Positions 1 to 12,348 of a stretch of 64,000 nucleotides of DNA are shown here, in pieces (position 1 is the first letter of the stretch; every line of letters begins with the position of its first letter). Source of the stretch: Moniliella sp. 'wahieum' (lineage: Eukaryota); the NCBI GenBank assembly GCA_003971905.1, contig RSEE01000016.1:496001-560000 (forward strand), in the 5' to 3' direction. A model generated the notes under the pieces. It saw only the letters and a list, made by a program, of their open reading frames with translations. It was not told the origin of the DNA and did not search any database. A program made the position numbers and the translations under genes.

Positions 1-1786
1 AACGGCTCCTCCGGATATGCTGATCCTCATCACACAGCTCCTTGATGGGAGCGGGTGAAGTCTGAGGAGATGGGGTGGGGGTAGAGGACATTAACTTCGC
101 GTTCTCCACAGGGGGAGAGGCAACTTGGGGCATTTCCTCAGTCACTGACATATCCTCCTCAGGCTTGGATTGGGCTTCGGCTTCGGGCGCAGACCTATTC
201 TCGTGCTCAGGCTCCTGTCGAGACTCAGGCTCAGGCTCAAGCTCAGGTTCAAGCTCCTTCCGTGGTTGGGCTCCAGATCTGGCTCCTGCACTGTTGAGAC
301 TCGGACATTTGGTGTTGAGGCTCCGATTGCGGTTGCGGTTGCGAGGCAGTCCCGCCTTTTTCGCCGCCCTCGAAGCTGAGCGAGTAATTTTCCTGGTCGG
401 CATCTTTTTCACCCACCCGGGCTGGCTTGGTCTTAGCCTTGGAGGCAGGCACAGGTTTCTTGGATTCCGACGCAATGACGGGTTGCTCGACGAGGCTGTT
501 CAAGCTGCGGGTTTGCAAGGCAGAGTTGCCTCCCATGGCTCTGAGGGGTGAGAGGGAAGCAGGGCCCGGGGTGGGGGTAGGAGAGATAATTCCGTTTTCC
601 TTGTTGCTCAAGCGAGGGGCTGCGAAGAGGGCTGGCTCAAAAGAATCGAGGGCCGGCTTGGCGCACCTTGCGCTGCGGAGACTTGACAAGATCAACGAGC
701 CGGCGGCTGCGCTCGTCCTCACGCCCACGCACCTGCTGACTGGAGACGTCAAGTAGAATTTGGGAGTCAGCTGTTTGCTCCCACGACCAATAGAGGTGGG
801 GGGAGAGAGACGTACACATAGTGCTGCCGGAGAGTGGCGCCGTCGGAGATCATCTGGAGTGCCCAGTCCATGTCGAGGTGAACCTCAAGCACATCGAGGG
901 AGCAGAGGGCATCCAAGCTGGAGAGGAGGCTGCCCAGCGTGGTGGGCGCCCGAGGACGCGTGTGGTAGTGGCCATGCTGGGAATGCTGAGCGCGGATCCA
1001 GGTGGTGTCGAGGCCGGTCGATGGCGATGGTGTTGGGGATGGTGGGGAGCGCCAGGGGGTGGTTGGACCCAACCCTGCGGCCTAAGGCCTGTCCAGCCGA
1101 AGCAGCCTCACCGGTGACGGTCACCCCGGCAAGAGTGAGAGGATGGAGTCTAGCTGAACGTTCAGGCTGCACGCTCAGCGCGCCCCCACGGCGCCAGTGT
1201 TGCCGCGTGCCGCGTCCGAATATCAACACCCACCCGGTGTTGCAATCTTTCAGTCGGCGGCTCCTCCAGCTCAGCCCAACCAGATCAACGCATTAGGCGT
1301 GTTGATCAACCGCCATGTCACGCCCCCCCGCGCCCACTGGCAAGACCCAACAGCACCAAGCCATCGGGGCTGAACACGGTATAATGCATGGGAAGTGCAT
1401 ATCATCGACTTCACTAGGAGACGGCCGTCGGACCCGCTTGACACTTGCCGTTTGTACGTTATCCGATGAACAAGATGCGGGGTTCCTCCTGCCGAGACCA
1501 TCGAGGAGGGAACTGAATCTCCGCACCCATTGGTCGGGAGTGGAGGCAGCAGGCAGCGCGAGAAGAAGAACCAAGCGAAAGTAAGAGGGTGAATGAGATC
1601 CAAACAGCTGAAACGTAACTGGTCTTGGGTACAACAATCCTTGTACCTTTCCCTGCTCATCCAGGCCAACATGTCATACTAACCCGGGCGTGTCGAAAGA
1701 CACAGCGAAATCGTGCCAGTAGGAAGCCGAACTGCCGACCCTTATCGGCGTAGTGGTCGCTCGGGCCCCAGCTGGGTCTTCGTCAT
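1..1786 (-). CDS. Hypothetical protein, runs off the left window edge; Glu/Pro-rich low-complexity distal part
   Basis: Chain of overlapping minus-strand ORF pieces (1271-1672, 885-1229, 767-1072, 249-752). Candidate ATG ~1786 and a GTACGT donor near 815. (GAGCCT)n repeats at ~205-250 encode EPEPE. No family recognised. Confidence 0.45.
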
Positions 1787-2331
1787 GCTTAGCTGTACGA
1801 CAGCCAGAAAAACGGAGTATAGTATTAGTGTAGTCGTAGAGCTCTGCGTCGCGGTTGAAATCGATCGGACGGTCGAGCTATTTGTTTACTAACTTCAGGG
1901 GATAGTTTTCCTGGGGAATTCGTCCACGCTAGCGCTCCTCGTCTTACTGCAAACGGTTCTCATTCGTGGCGGTCCTCGGGCACTATAAACCTCACATGAT
2001 GCGTAATAGAGATGAGGGACATGGGCAGCTTCCGGAAAACAACAGACAGCGAGCGTCCATACTGCGCAAATAGTGTAGATGCACCTCGGGGGTTGTAAGC
2101 CCACATGCAGGACACTGGCGAAAGCCTTTTATTGTCCTTTTAGAACCAGCAGGACCTGTGTTCGTTATACGGTACGACCCGACTCCCGCCTTTCAATCCC
2201 AGGTACAAAAACTGACTGTCACACATGACACAGTCGGGAGCTGAGAGCTGGGAGCCTTGGGGAGGTAAACCAGAGCAATAAAGACAACCAGAGCAAAGAC
2301 AACATCGGGAACTGCAGCAAAAGCAGAAGTG

Positions 2332-2568
2332 TGTTGCGACGGTGATCCGCTTCACCGATCACAGCGCACTTCTGACCTCACTAGCCCTGAGGCTCCGCGG
2401 GCTCCGAAGACGGCAGCTAACGCCGTAGCCTTCTCCTGTAACCCTCGTCCTTCTTCCTACCACCAAAACGCCTCTCTCTCGCCCGCGATCGATCGCCTAC
2501 ACTACTGTCCTAAACGCTTCAGTATCCATTGAGGTCTCCATAGCCGGGTGGACCAGGACGTCGCTACA
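2332..2568 (+). mobile_element. Solo LTR, family A
   Basis: Starts TGTTGCGACG and ends CGTCGCTACA (9/10 inverted match). Flanked by AGTG/AGTG (AAGTG if one A was dropped). Homologous to 29613-29875. Confidence 0.85.
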
Positions 2569-5500
2569 AGTGGACATATAAAGCAAGGGAACAACCTGAG
2601 CAAGGGGAAGAGGAGCGAGATGCGTGCGAGACACCAGAGAAATTGGAAATGTTGGGAGTGAAAGATCAGCCAGCCGATGATACCAAACCGTGTCTGTGGT
2701 GCCCTTGTTTCGCTTAATTTGCCGCATTTTCTTGCAGGCGGGGTGGGCTGGTTCGATTGTCCGTTACCAGTTACTAGCTCTCATCTGGGCAAAACACCGT
2801 GTGTTTTTTTATATGGATCCGTCATCGATTGGACATGAGTCCAGCAGCATCAGCGAAAAGGTCGCGCGGCCGATGATGCAGATGATGCACGGAGGAATAA
2901 CTCTCAACATCTCGCCGTCTGGGGCCAGTAATAGCCCCCAGTTTTTCTATGTTAGTACTTAACGCAGAGAGGGAAATGGAGGAAAGGATGACGGTCATAT
3001 TCGTCGAGGGGAAGGAGGCGAGGTATATGTACCTCGGAGAGAAGAGAACGTGCGAGCCGAGTCACACGGAGGAAGAAAGAGAGCATAATATAAAAAGGGG
3101 AAACAGGGTCTAGAACAGATCAGGGTCCAGCTACCCTATTACTGTGGTGACTATAGTATGTGTGACCAGGTGGGTCTGATGCCGACAGTAGTTATGACAG
3201 ATCCGCTGTGTTGACCATGTAGTTGCGTAAACCGCCCGCCCCTAAGGATGATGTACGGCCGGACCAGGGGGGTAGCCCTGTCCTGCTCCATTTGTCCCCC
3301 GCATATTGGCGGCGTATGGTGGCGAGCCGTGCTCGCAGTTCCTTGTTTCTCTCTGTGTGGGGGCGACGGATATTCTGACACCGTCACTGCCCTCTTAGAA
3401 CGGACCCCGTGCCCATAGCGAGGAATTCTTCGGGTGGACATTCTAAGTAGCCACAGCTGGAACGCGGGGTCAGTCACCTAGTCAGGTCTCCCCATCGCCC
3501 CTCCACAAGGACTTCTCTTTGATCAATGTCCATCCGGATCCAGTGACTACGGAGGGGAAAGGTTGAGTACTGAGTACGTCGAATCCCCTGATGGGCCACA
3601 CACAATAATTAGTACCACACACCGTCGGATGTGCGTACTGCTATGTATATGACCCCCGGTTCTGCATCATCCTTGAAGCTTTTGAAGCTTGACGCTTGGA
3701 GCTTGAAGCTTGACCGGTGGCCCCTTTATGTGTCTCTTTCCCTTCCTCTCGTATATACGGCACCACACTCTGGTATGCCGGCCTGAATGAACACCATCTC
3801 GGCAAACAAAAAGCAACACTCCCAGTTTGATGCATGATGCATGATGCCCAGTGTAATTAGGGGGCGGACAGAGCTCAAAAGTACAGCTTCAAAAGCACTG
3901 CGCGCGTGGCCTTCATTGTTTTGTGGGGAAACCGGAAGAGAGGTGTTGGCAACATGGGTGTGGGCTCCACTGCAAGTGTCCCCTTTTGTGTGTAGAGAGG
4001 CAGACGGAGACCTGGGTGGCTGGTTCAACCATAACCATATACTCGACCGTCCAGCCGTTCACGCGCTCACGTTCACCGGCCGCTTCATGGGTCGGTGCGC
4101 CAGGGACGGCTGCTCCTCCGCTCAGTTGAAACGCCTCCTGCGTCGTTTTTCGTTCATCCTCGCGCACAAAGGCGCCACTGGCATAGCTGAGAACTGCAGA
4201 ATCGCAGCGTCGATTTTGACCTGGTCCAATGGGCCGCAGAGAGAGGCCCCAACAAAATAATATAGGGGCAGGGGCAGTTACCGCAGGTACCCACTAAACT
4301 CATGAAACTCATTAGCCCATCCGGACAGCGACTGTGACGCGCGCAAAGAGGGGAGGGGATGGTGCACGGCATACGCTTGTGGGTGAGGCTGAGGAATGGG
4401 AAAGATTCGACGCCATGCATGACATGGATGACAAGCAACAAGCCACATAGGGGCGCCGTAACGCGGAACGCGTACTACCGCGCAAGACAGATGCATCCAT
4501 CCATCAACGTTGAAGTCATCAACGTTGAACTTCAACGTTGAGCTTACCAGGGCGTGGGGCTCCGCCTGAGCACAGTCAGCGGCTGACTAGTGACTGCCAA
4601 AACGCCAACCACCAAAAAGCGGGGAAGAACAGCCAAGGGCGGAGTGTGAACTCGACGTCCCCGGTGGCGGTGGAGACAGTATGCAGTCCGAGTCACTAGT
4701 CAGCGCCACCAAACGTTCAATGTTCACTCATCCTTACTAGCTTACTCAGTACTGCGTACCGTTAATCATCGAGTTCACTATCAATCCCAGCTGGTTCGCT
4801 CCCCGATTCTGCAACGCGCCATGAAATTTCAAATGTAAACGCTCAGCGCTCCATCGGTGGATGTGTGTGGAGTGTGAACTGGTGAAAACCTTCTGCGGCG
4901 CCAGACACGCAAAAAGTTTGATTTGACTCCAGGAACCGTGTGGGGCGCTGGCGCTGGCTGGCGCTGTGGCGGCGGGGCAAGGCGGAGCCCCACAGCTTGG
5001 TCACCAACGCCCCCCAGCGCACCCAGCACAGCCAGCACACCTTGGTTTAACGTTTGCCGGTTGCCAGTTACCGGTATCGACCAGTGGCTAGTGGTGCCCG
5101 GGGCCCGGGGCCCCCTCTCCAGAGGGAGAGAGCGGTGTTGGTGCGCGGGGCTTGCCTGGCCTTCCACGGCCCATGGCGGAGATTGCGGCAATGATCGAGT
5201 CGGGAGAGGGGCTGCCGGTGTGTGTGGCACTGTGGGGCACGTTGCAGCATGGCCCGTTCTTGATCTGGCATCTTTGAATCAGCCCAAAAGCTTAAATCTT
5301 AATCAGCGCGCAATTGGCCGCGGAGGATCGATGATGCATGTTCATGGGAAGCCTAGCATGCATGATACGCATCGCGGTGGCCAGGCCAGCCAGCGCCCCC
5401 ACGCCTGGATCGGCCCGTCGCACGGAGCTCCTTGCAGTCGACTGGTATCGGTGTGGTCGGTGTGGTCGGTGCGTTCACGCGTTCACGCGTTCACGCCATC

Positions 5501-6633
5501 CCCAATCGCGACGCCAATCGCAATCGGTGGTGCTGTGGGCGGTGGAGACGCCCGTCTCAAGTGCCTGGCTCCCCTGGCGCTGCCAGAGAGCGCAGTGCCA
5601 CAGTAGGCAGCAATGCACCGGCGACAGTCCCGCAGTCCCCACCGCACCCTATTACTGCCCCCTCGTTCCCCTGTGGATGGTAGGTTGGTGGCCGGTGACC
5701 GGTGACCAGTGACCCCTCGGTGACCATCATCGATCATCGATCAGGGCGCAGCGCCAGGCGAGTCATCATCTCCTTCGTTTGGCGTTGCTCTTGCTTGCTT
5801 TGCGATTCACATCCCAAGCGCTAGAGCGCAATCAATTTACCAGTATCAATATTCAATCTGCGGGGGAAGCGGCTGGAACAAAGGGCTGGTTCGCTGGCGC
5901 CGTTGGAAATTGGAGCGTGCCCAGGCACAGGCCGGAACACATGGGCGTGAATGTGGTCATTGGGATGAACGATGAGATTGAACATGCTGAGAGAATTACG
6001 ACGGTAGGACCGAGGGGCGGGGGAATATTGGGGCCAGTTGCCCCCTCGATTCTTGGCACAAGGCCTGCTCGTGAGGAGGGCTGCCTGCGTTGCGGCAACC
6101 AGGCGGTTGGGGTCGGGGGCTGGTGCTGGGACCGTGGGGAAGATGCCGAGCACCAGCCATGCGCCCGGGGGATGTGACACACCGGCGGCCATTTGGGGGC
6201 GGCAGGGGGGCGCAGGCGGGCTGGCGGGCAGGGCGGGGGGGGAGCCCGTGGTGGGTGGGCGTGGGGCAGCACAGGGGCAGTGCCTCTCCGCATTCTTCTC
6301 CTGCCCCGTGCCCGGGCGTGCGCTGGCTGCCGCATGCGCAGTCCCCAGCCGACACTGGCGGGGTGCGCAGCAGCACGCAGCAGCACGCCCGCCGCTCTCC
6401 GCCAGCCAGCCCGACGGCGCTGCGCTGCAGGGCGCTGCTCTGCGCGGCTACCGGCTACCCACCCCCGCCGCCTCCATCTCGGCGCGCGCACACCTCCACC
6501 CGCCGTCCCCGTCCGCCTCACCTGCAGCCCCACCACCACCGCCTCCCCGCCTGCTGCCCGCCCTTGCCGCGCCCCGCCGCCCTCGCCCTCCGCGTCCTCG
6601 GCCCGCCCCCCCGTCACCCACGCTCCTCTGCTC

Positions 6634-8621
6634 ATGCCTACCTCCGATGCTGCTGCCAGCGGCGGTGCCCCCGACCGCAGCAAGATCCACGCCCCTACCA
6701 GTGTCCGCTCTGTCCCCGCGCCTTTTATCGACTGGAGCACCAGGTGCGTCCTCCCCGCCCCCTGCCCTCCTCGTCCCATCCTAACCCCCCTCCCCCAGAC
6801 ACGCCACATCCGCACCCACACCGGCGAGAAGCCCCATGCATGCCAGCACGCCGGCTGTGGCAAACGCTTCTCTCGCTCCGATGAGCTGACCCGCCACATG
6901 CGCATCCACGCCAATCCCAAGCGCACCCGCATCATCCAGCCCTCCGCCCCTTGGCTCGCCCCCGCCCCACGGGGCAGGCCAAGTCGCCCGAGCTGTCTGC
7001 GTCCGATGCGAATCCCGTCCCCCTCGTGCCGGCCACATCCGTACCAATGGCAATGCCCGTCCCGTACCCCCGCAGGCTGCGCCCGCCCTGCGATGGAAGG
7101 CAGCTACCCCATGTCGTGGGAGGAGTACCATGCTGGTGCCCCGCCTTACCGATCGGTAACCATCCGCTTCGTCCCAGGCAGGGCCGTTCCTGTTCGTAAA
7201 GGATGCCGATGTTAGCATGGACCCCGAGCCAGAGCGCGACGCCGCTTACTCGCAGTCCCATCCTCCGGTAAGAGGCGGGAACAATATGAATGCGTTGGCA
7301 ATGTTGGCTGCAGAGGAACTGCAGGAACTGAACCAAGCCACTTCGCCCACCGGCGCCGTCACTTCGCCCGGCTCGGCCCCGACCCGGCCGGCGTGCGAGC
7401 ACGAGGGGTGCATGGACTCGTACCATGAACAAATCGCATCGGCCGTGCGTAGTAACTTTCCGTCCCTGCCTCGGCTCATGAAAGACGAAGTCCCCACTAT
7501 GCCCACTCGGCACACCAGCCCGTGTTGGGACCCCGCTCCTTCTCCGGTCCTTCTTATCGGACGATGCGCCCCCCACCCGAGTCGGTGGTGAGTTCGACGG
7601 CGCCTTCGCCCCGGATGAGTGCGCTGGACCGCCCGGGCTTTGGGGACGATCCCGAGTCGGATGGAGAGCTGCCGCCGCCGCAGGCATACAAATATGGTTC
7701 GTCGGTTCCCTCGTCCCACCGTGTCACGGGCAGTCGCGGGCCCGGCACGTTTTTCACCCCTTCTGGTTCCCCCGTACTTGGTCCGCTGCGCAACATGAGT
7801 CTTCGTTCGGCGCGGACCATGCCAAATACCCCGCACACTTCCCGCCCCAGTTCGCCCGTGCACCTGCACCACGCGCGCCAGCCCAATCTCGCTTCTCTCT
7901 CCCCACCCTCGCCCCGGCCGGGTCGGCGCAAGGTTTGGGCGTGTTAGTATCGGATTCTGGCCCGATGCATACGCCCAGTACCGGTCACCATCCCGTTCAC
8001 CGTCACCGTCCATCCCACCCTTACAGTCCGGGCTCGACCTCGGTCAGCTCGGAGGCAGCACGCGCGCGGGCTGGGGTGGCGCGCTCTCTCCAATTGACTG
8101 CGCTCCCGGTCGGGGGCGAGGAGGGCGAGCTAGGCGCGCGTCCATTGGCCCGCTCTCGCTCTTTGGGGCCCATCGGCGCGAAGACGAATTTACTTCGATG
8201 TCCACTGCGCCGAAGAGGCGAAAACGCATTTCGGACTTACTGTCGGCCGCGCCAGGGCCGCAGCCCTCGGGGCCACCACCCTGCGCACCGCTCGCTCTGC
8301 CCCCGGAAGTCCACGATGACTCGTGGCGTGACCCCCGTCCCGCGCGGCTCGGCCGAATCGTCGCCGGCTTCGGAACCGCGCGAGTTGCCCGGGTTGACCT
8401 ACACCAAGTCTGCTGCCTCCTCCATCTCGCACATTCCGCCCACATGCACCAACTCGCCCACCGAGACAAGGCCCGTATCACCATCTTCCTCCTCGGCCTT
8501 TTCCTTGGCCAAGTATAAGTTGCCCCCCTTGAGCGCCATGACGCCGATCGTGCCGACGGAGCAAGCTGCGTCGCCGGGCCCGGCCGCGTTGCCGACGCTG
8601 CGGACGCTGTTGAGCGAATAG
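6634..8621 (+). CDS. creA: CreA/Mig1-type C2H2 zinc-finger carbon catabolite repressor
   Basis: [18 protein letters not shown], intron 6744-6798, then [37 protein letters not shown]: the CreA/Mig1 finger signature. Ser/Pro-rich body and C-terminal KLPPL...LPTLRTLL motifs. Several frameshifts. Confidence 0.9.
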
Positions 8622-8985
8622 TTTCCTTCTTGCACCTATTGTACCTTGTAGGGTTTGCCCTGGCCGCGTCTCCCCCTCTTGGTTCTCCCTGAGTACCTTA
8701 GTACTCTTGCCACTCCAGGCGAAAATGTGGAGGGGAGGCCTGCGCAGGGATTCTTGTCGGCTATCCTGTTCAGATCTCTACGTGTGACGCGTGTTCCAAT
8801 GTATCATGATGCGCATCGCTCTGCGCCCTTGGGGCGCTTCCCAATCGCAGGGAGGGGAAGGGGTTCGAATGTACCCCTCCTTTCGGAGGCCAGGAAAAAT
8901 GATTTGGAGTCAGCAAGCGTCTGCTTGAAGCTTGAGGCTGCTTCATAAAAAACTCGTGAACAAAAAAGAGGACGCCCTGTTGGGT

Positions 8986-9065
8986 CGAACGACGCAGGGG
9001 TCGAACCTGCACCTCCTGATTACAACCAGTCGTAGTCAGACGCGCTACCATTGCGCCAGCCGTCC
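8986..9065 (-). tRNA. tRNA-Arg(ACG), ~9-nt intron
   Basis: Reverse complement GGACGGC TGGCGCAATGGTAGCGCG TCTGA CT ACG A [CTGGTTGTA] A TCAGG AGGT GCAGGTTCGACCCCTGC GTCGTTC G. Confidence 0.9.
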
Positions 9066-9330
9066 TTCCTTGGTCGGGGAAGCATATCGAATAATGCATT
9101 TCCGTCCAATTGTCCTGCTCTACGTTTACTCGTATCGTAAACTACCGCACGACGTGGAAAAATACTGTTGGGAAGAGATGGGCGAGAAGAAGAGCGCAAC
9201 AGGCATAAGGTGGCAAATGGAGGCTGTCCTTACACACATCCATGTATGCTATCCTTTACTCCAATGGTCGCAAGCTCGCGCTGGGTGCCGCCCCTGTTTG
9301 CCGGAGGGCTGTGGGCGAGAAGGAAAAGCA

Positions 9331-10725
9331 TTATGAGCCCGTATATACTCCAGGATACATGAAGCGTGTGGAGTAGCTCGGTCCTCTCCAGACCATGTGG
9401 TTGATCAGCTGCCGGGCTACAGCAAATTCGTCTTTCGACAGCGAACCCGTGAGGGTCACCCCCCCCCCCCCAAATCCCTGAGGACATATATCACTGTCAG
9501 AACTCGTCAAATATCTCGATATTGGCACAGTAGCAACAAGTAAGCGTACCAAACAGCCAACGTGTAAGAGGGAGATTGCTTTTTAGTCTCGTTTAGGTTA
9601 GATTGTAAGAAGAAGGGGGAACAGCGACAGCGACAGCAAGGTTGGCCCGTCTTGTCCGAGTTAAGATTGTCAACGCATTGGCATAAGACCGTCTGTGTTC
9701 GGTGATGGTACGTCCAAGACAGAAGCCCCAGATACTGTGGTCCTGTAATATTGTCCTGTAGATTTTGTGGTGACATATGTCGAAGCAGCTCAATCGCCAA
9801 GCGAGAAGGGGTCTTGCCTTCCGTACATTGTGTCCGGGGCGATAGGCGAGGACGAGAATACGTTTATCAACTGGTGTGAGGGGGCGCGCTAAAAAGTTTG
9901 GGCTTTACTTGTGAAAGACAGGCATCATGATTGGCGGTGCCATCAAGCACAGCCCACTCACGGGCCGAAATGGCAAAAACGCGGTTTAAACGTGACTTCG
10001 CCCCCTGTCATATTAGGTCGAAAGGTGCGGTTGGAGGGTACAGCGGCCGAACGCGAGGGCGGGCGGATGGGCCTGCCGATATGCAATGCCCTCAAACACG
10101 GTGGAAGCGGTGGGAGCGGGGGCTGTACCGAAGACGGTAACCTGACCTTGCTAGCTTGTGAAATGAGACGGAGAGCAGTGCTAAAGCTGTTGGATGTGAG
10201 GAAGCTGACGTTGTGACTGTCGGCGATGGCCCATAACTGACCGAGGACCTAGAGGGCAGGCGACAGGGAGCAGATGACTTGACAGCCTGGTCGCTTCCAA
10301 GAACGCCGACTGGCCCGGATCTCCGAGTGACCGCGAAGATGGGCATACCCAGTGCGCTCTCGGCCGGGGTGGTAAGTGCTACTGGGGGGGGCGCGATAGG
10401 ATGGGGAGCAGTTAGAATCAGATAGGACAGGCAATGTGGAAGTGGACAGTACATACATGACGTGGGTAATAGTACCGGGAAGACCCGAGGACAATGACGA
10501 TTGCAACGGTACTAAACCGGCGATAGCGGCAGGGGTGGCGAGAGGGCGAGGGCGATGGCGAGGATGGTGGCAAGAGCGATGGGCAAGATGAGGATTAGGG
10601 CCAAGAAGCAGCATCCAGTACTAGTAACGCACCCAGCGCTGCTGGTGGTGCGCCGTCCATCCGATATTGATTGCCCAGGTTTTCACTTACCACATGAGAG
10701 GCACAGGCGCAGTGCTGGATGCATT
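9331..10725 (-). CDS. Possible hypothetical membrane-anchored protein (fragmented)
   Basis: ATG ~10725, a GTAAGT donor, then a hydrophobic stretch CCFLALILILPIALATILAIALAL, a further GTATGT donor ~10455 and short ORF pieces. No recognisable domain. Confidence 0.3.
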
Positions 10726-10959
10726 ATGTACCGTCTGGTCCCGCTTGCCCACCGTTGGAACCCCCTAAAGCCTAGGGGCAGTACTCGTGTGTTTTCCTAT
10801 AGCGCTCGCTGAAGACTTACGTGCCACCCTTAAACCTCCATTTTCATTGTATTATGGGCGTTCACGACTGGTGGAACAGGAGGTGCACAGGTGCTAGTGT
10901 ACAAGAGGGACATTGAGCCGGCCTGGTGGCCGCCTGCTTTTACCATTCGCCGCACACAC

Positions 10960-11943
10960 CTAAGCATGCCGCTGGTACTGCGCCACAAGCATAGCATGTG
11001 TCACGCTCATACGGCTCCAGCGTCAGTTGCTCCCGTGGCCGGAACATCTCCCCTTGCAGCTTCTTGACCTCCGAAGCAAACACCGCCTCGGCCGGGGCGG
11101 TCGAGTCAATACACGCCTTGATGGAAATGACAACGTGCCCCCCGTCCTTGAGGAAGTAGTGCGCGTTGAGCGCTACAATACGAGCCTGGTCTGGCTGAGC
11201 CACATCGGCAAAGATCACGTCCACCGTGTCCACCATGCGGTACTTCTGGGGATGACGCGCGTCCTCGATGATGGGAATCACGTTGGTGCGCTTCTTGGCC
11301 ATGTTGATCAAATCCCGCCCACTGCGGTGGAGAACTCAACAGCGTACACTACACCCGTCGGCCCCACCACGTCGGCTACGTGAGATACGGACGTTCCGGA
11401 AGCAGCACCAAGGTAAAGCACCTTGGCACCCGGCTGGATATGGATGTGATCCAGACCACCGAGGATGCCAGCAGCCAGCTTGGAACGGAACGGATTCCAC
11501 ACACGGTACTCAACCTTGGCGCCGGGAACACCGTCATCCTGAACCACGTCGACTGAAATACGCTTTTCGCCGTAAACCGAATCACCAGGAGCCAAGTTCT
11601 TGGTCACGAGCAAGTGCTCTTTGCCCTCGGCAATGAACACACCAGCGTGACGGTGAGGCTTGACAATTACCTTGCTGCCTCCACGGGCACCACCACGGGG
11701 CGCACCACGTCCACGAGGGGCACCACGGCCACCGCCACGAGGGCCACCGCGTCCGCCACCACGGGCGCCTAAACACAAGGAACGTCAGTCGTCTGGGCAA
11801 AGATCCCGCGCAGATACCAATTAACGTACCACGGCCACCAGGAGCGCCACGGGCGCCGCCGCGGCCCCCACGTCCAGGGGGCCGCCACGTCCACCACGGA
11901 ATCCTCCGCGTCCACCACCACGTCCACGGTCACCAAAGGCCAT
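10960..11943 (-). CDS. NOP1: Fibrillarin, box C/D snoRNP rRNA 2'-O-methyltransferase
   Basis: RGG/GAR N-terminus, intron 11769-11829, motifs [73 protein letters not shown]. Confidence 0.97.
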
Positions 11944-12348
11944 TTTGTCAGTCAAAGCAAAAAAAGTGCGGAGGCTGGTTGTGGTTGATTGGGTCGGCCT
12001 GCAATGCTTGGACTTTGCTTCGAATGGCCAAGTCAAACGGCAAAAATTTAATGCTTACGTATGGACTCTGTTCCGCCAGCGGGGCAGCGGAAACGAGCCA
12101 ACAAGCAATTTTTGAAATGTAAAGCCATCTTTTTTATCTTGCGCGTTCAACTTCAGCCGAAGGCCAAAAGGGCGACGGAAGGACGTTTGATTGCACTGAA
12201 CTTGTCCCACCACCACCGTTGTTTATACAAGTTGCGCGTAGCTTCCCTTGCCTTTGAGCTTGACTAGCTTAACTGGACGCTTCAAACAACGTTCGGACTC
12301 AGCCGCTCAAATGGCAGCCCAAATGCCAGGCTTGGTCAGCGTCCGATA

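Noticed and set aside
2690..3530. Small minus-strand gene(s) (ATG ~3087, possible intron 2947-3032)
   Set aside because: Plausible splice signals but no recognisable product or consistent frame.
4800..6630. Long GC-rich ORFs and SYGGRG CreA autoregulatory sites upstream of creA
   Set aside because: The ORFs are low-complexity and overlap in several frames, as expected at very high GC. SYGGRG matches are expected by chance at this composition.
10960..11943. Pseudogenisation or programmed frameshifting of NOP1 and other conserved genes
   Set aside because: Frameshifts occur in nearly every gene, including essential ones, often at homopolymers. Long-read indel error is the simpler explanation.
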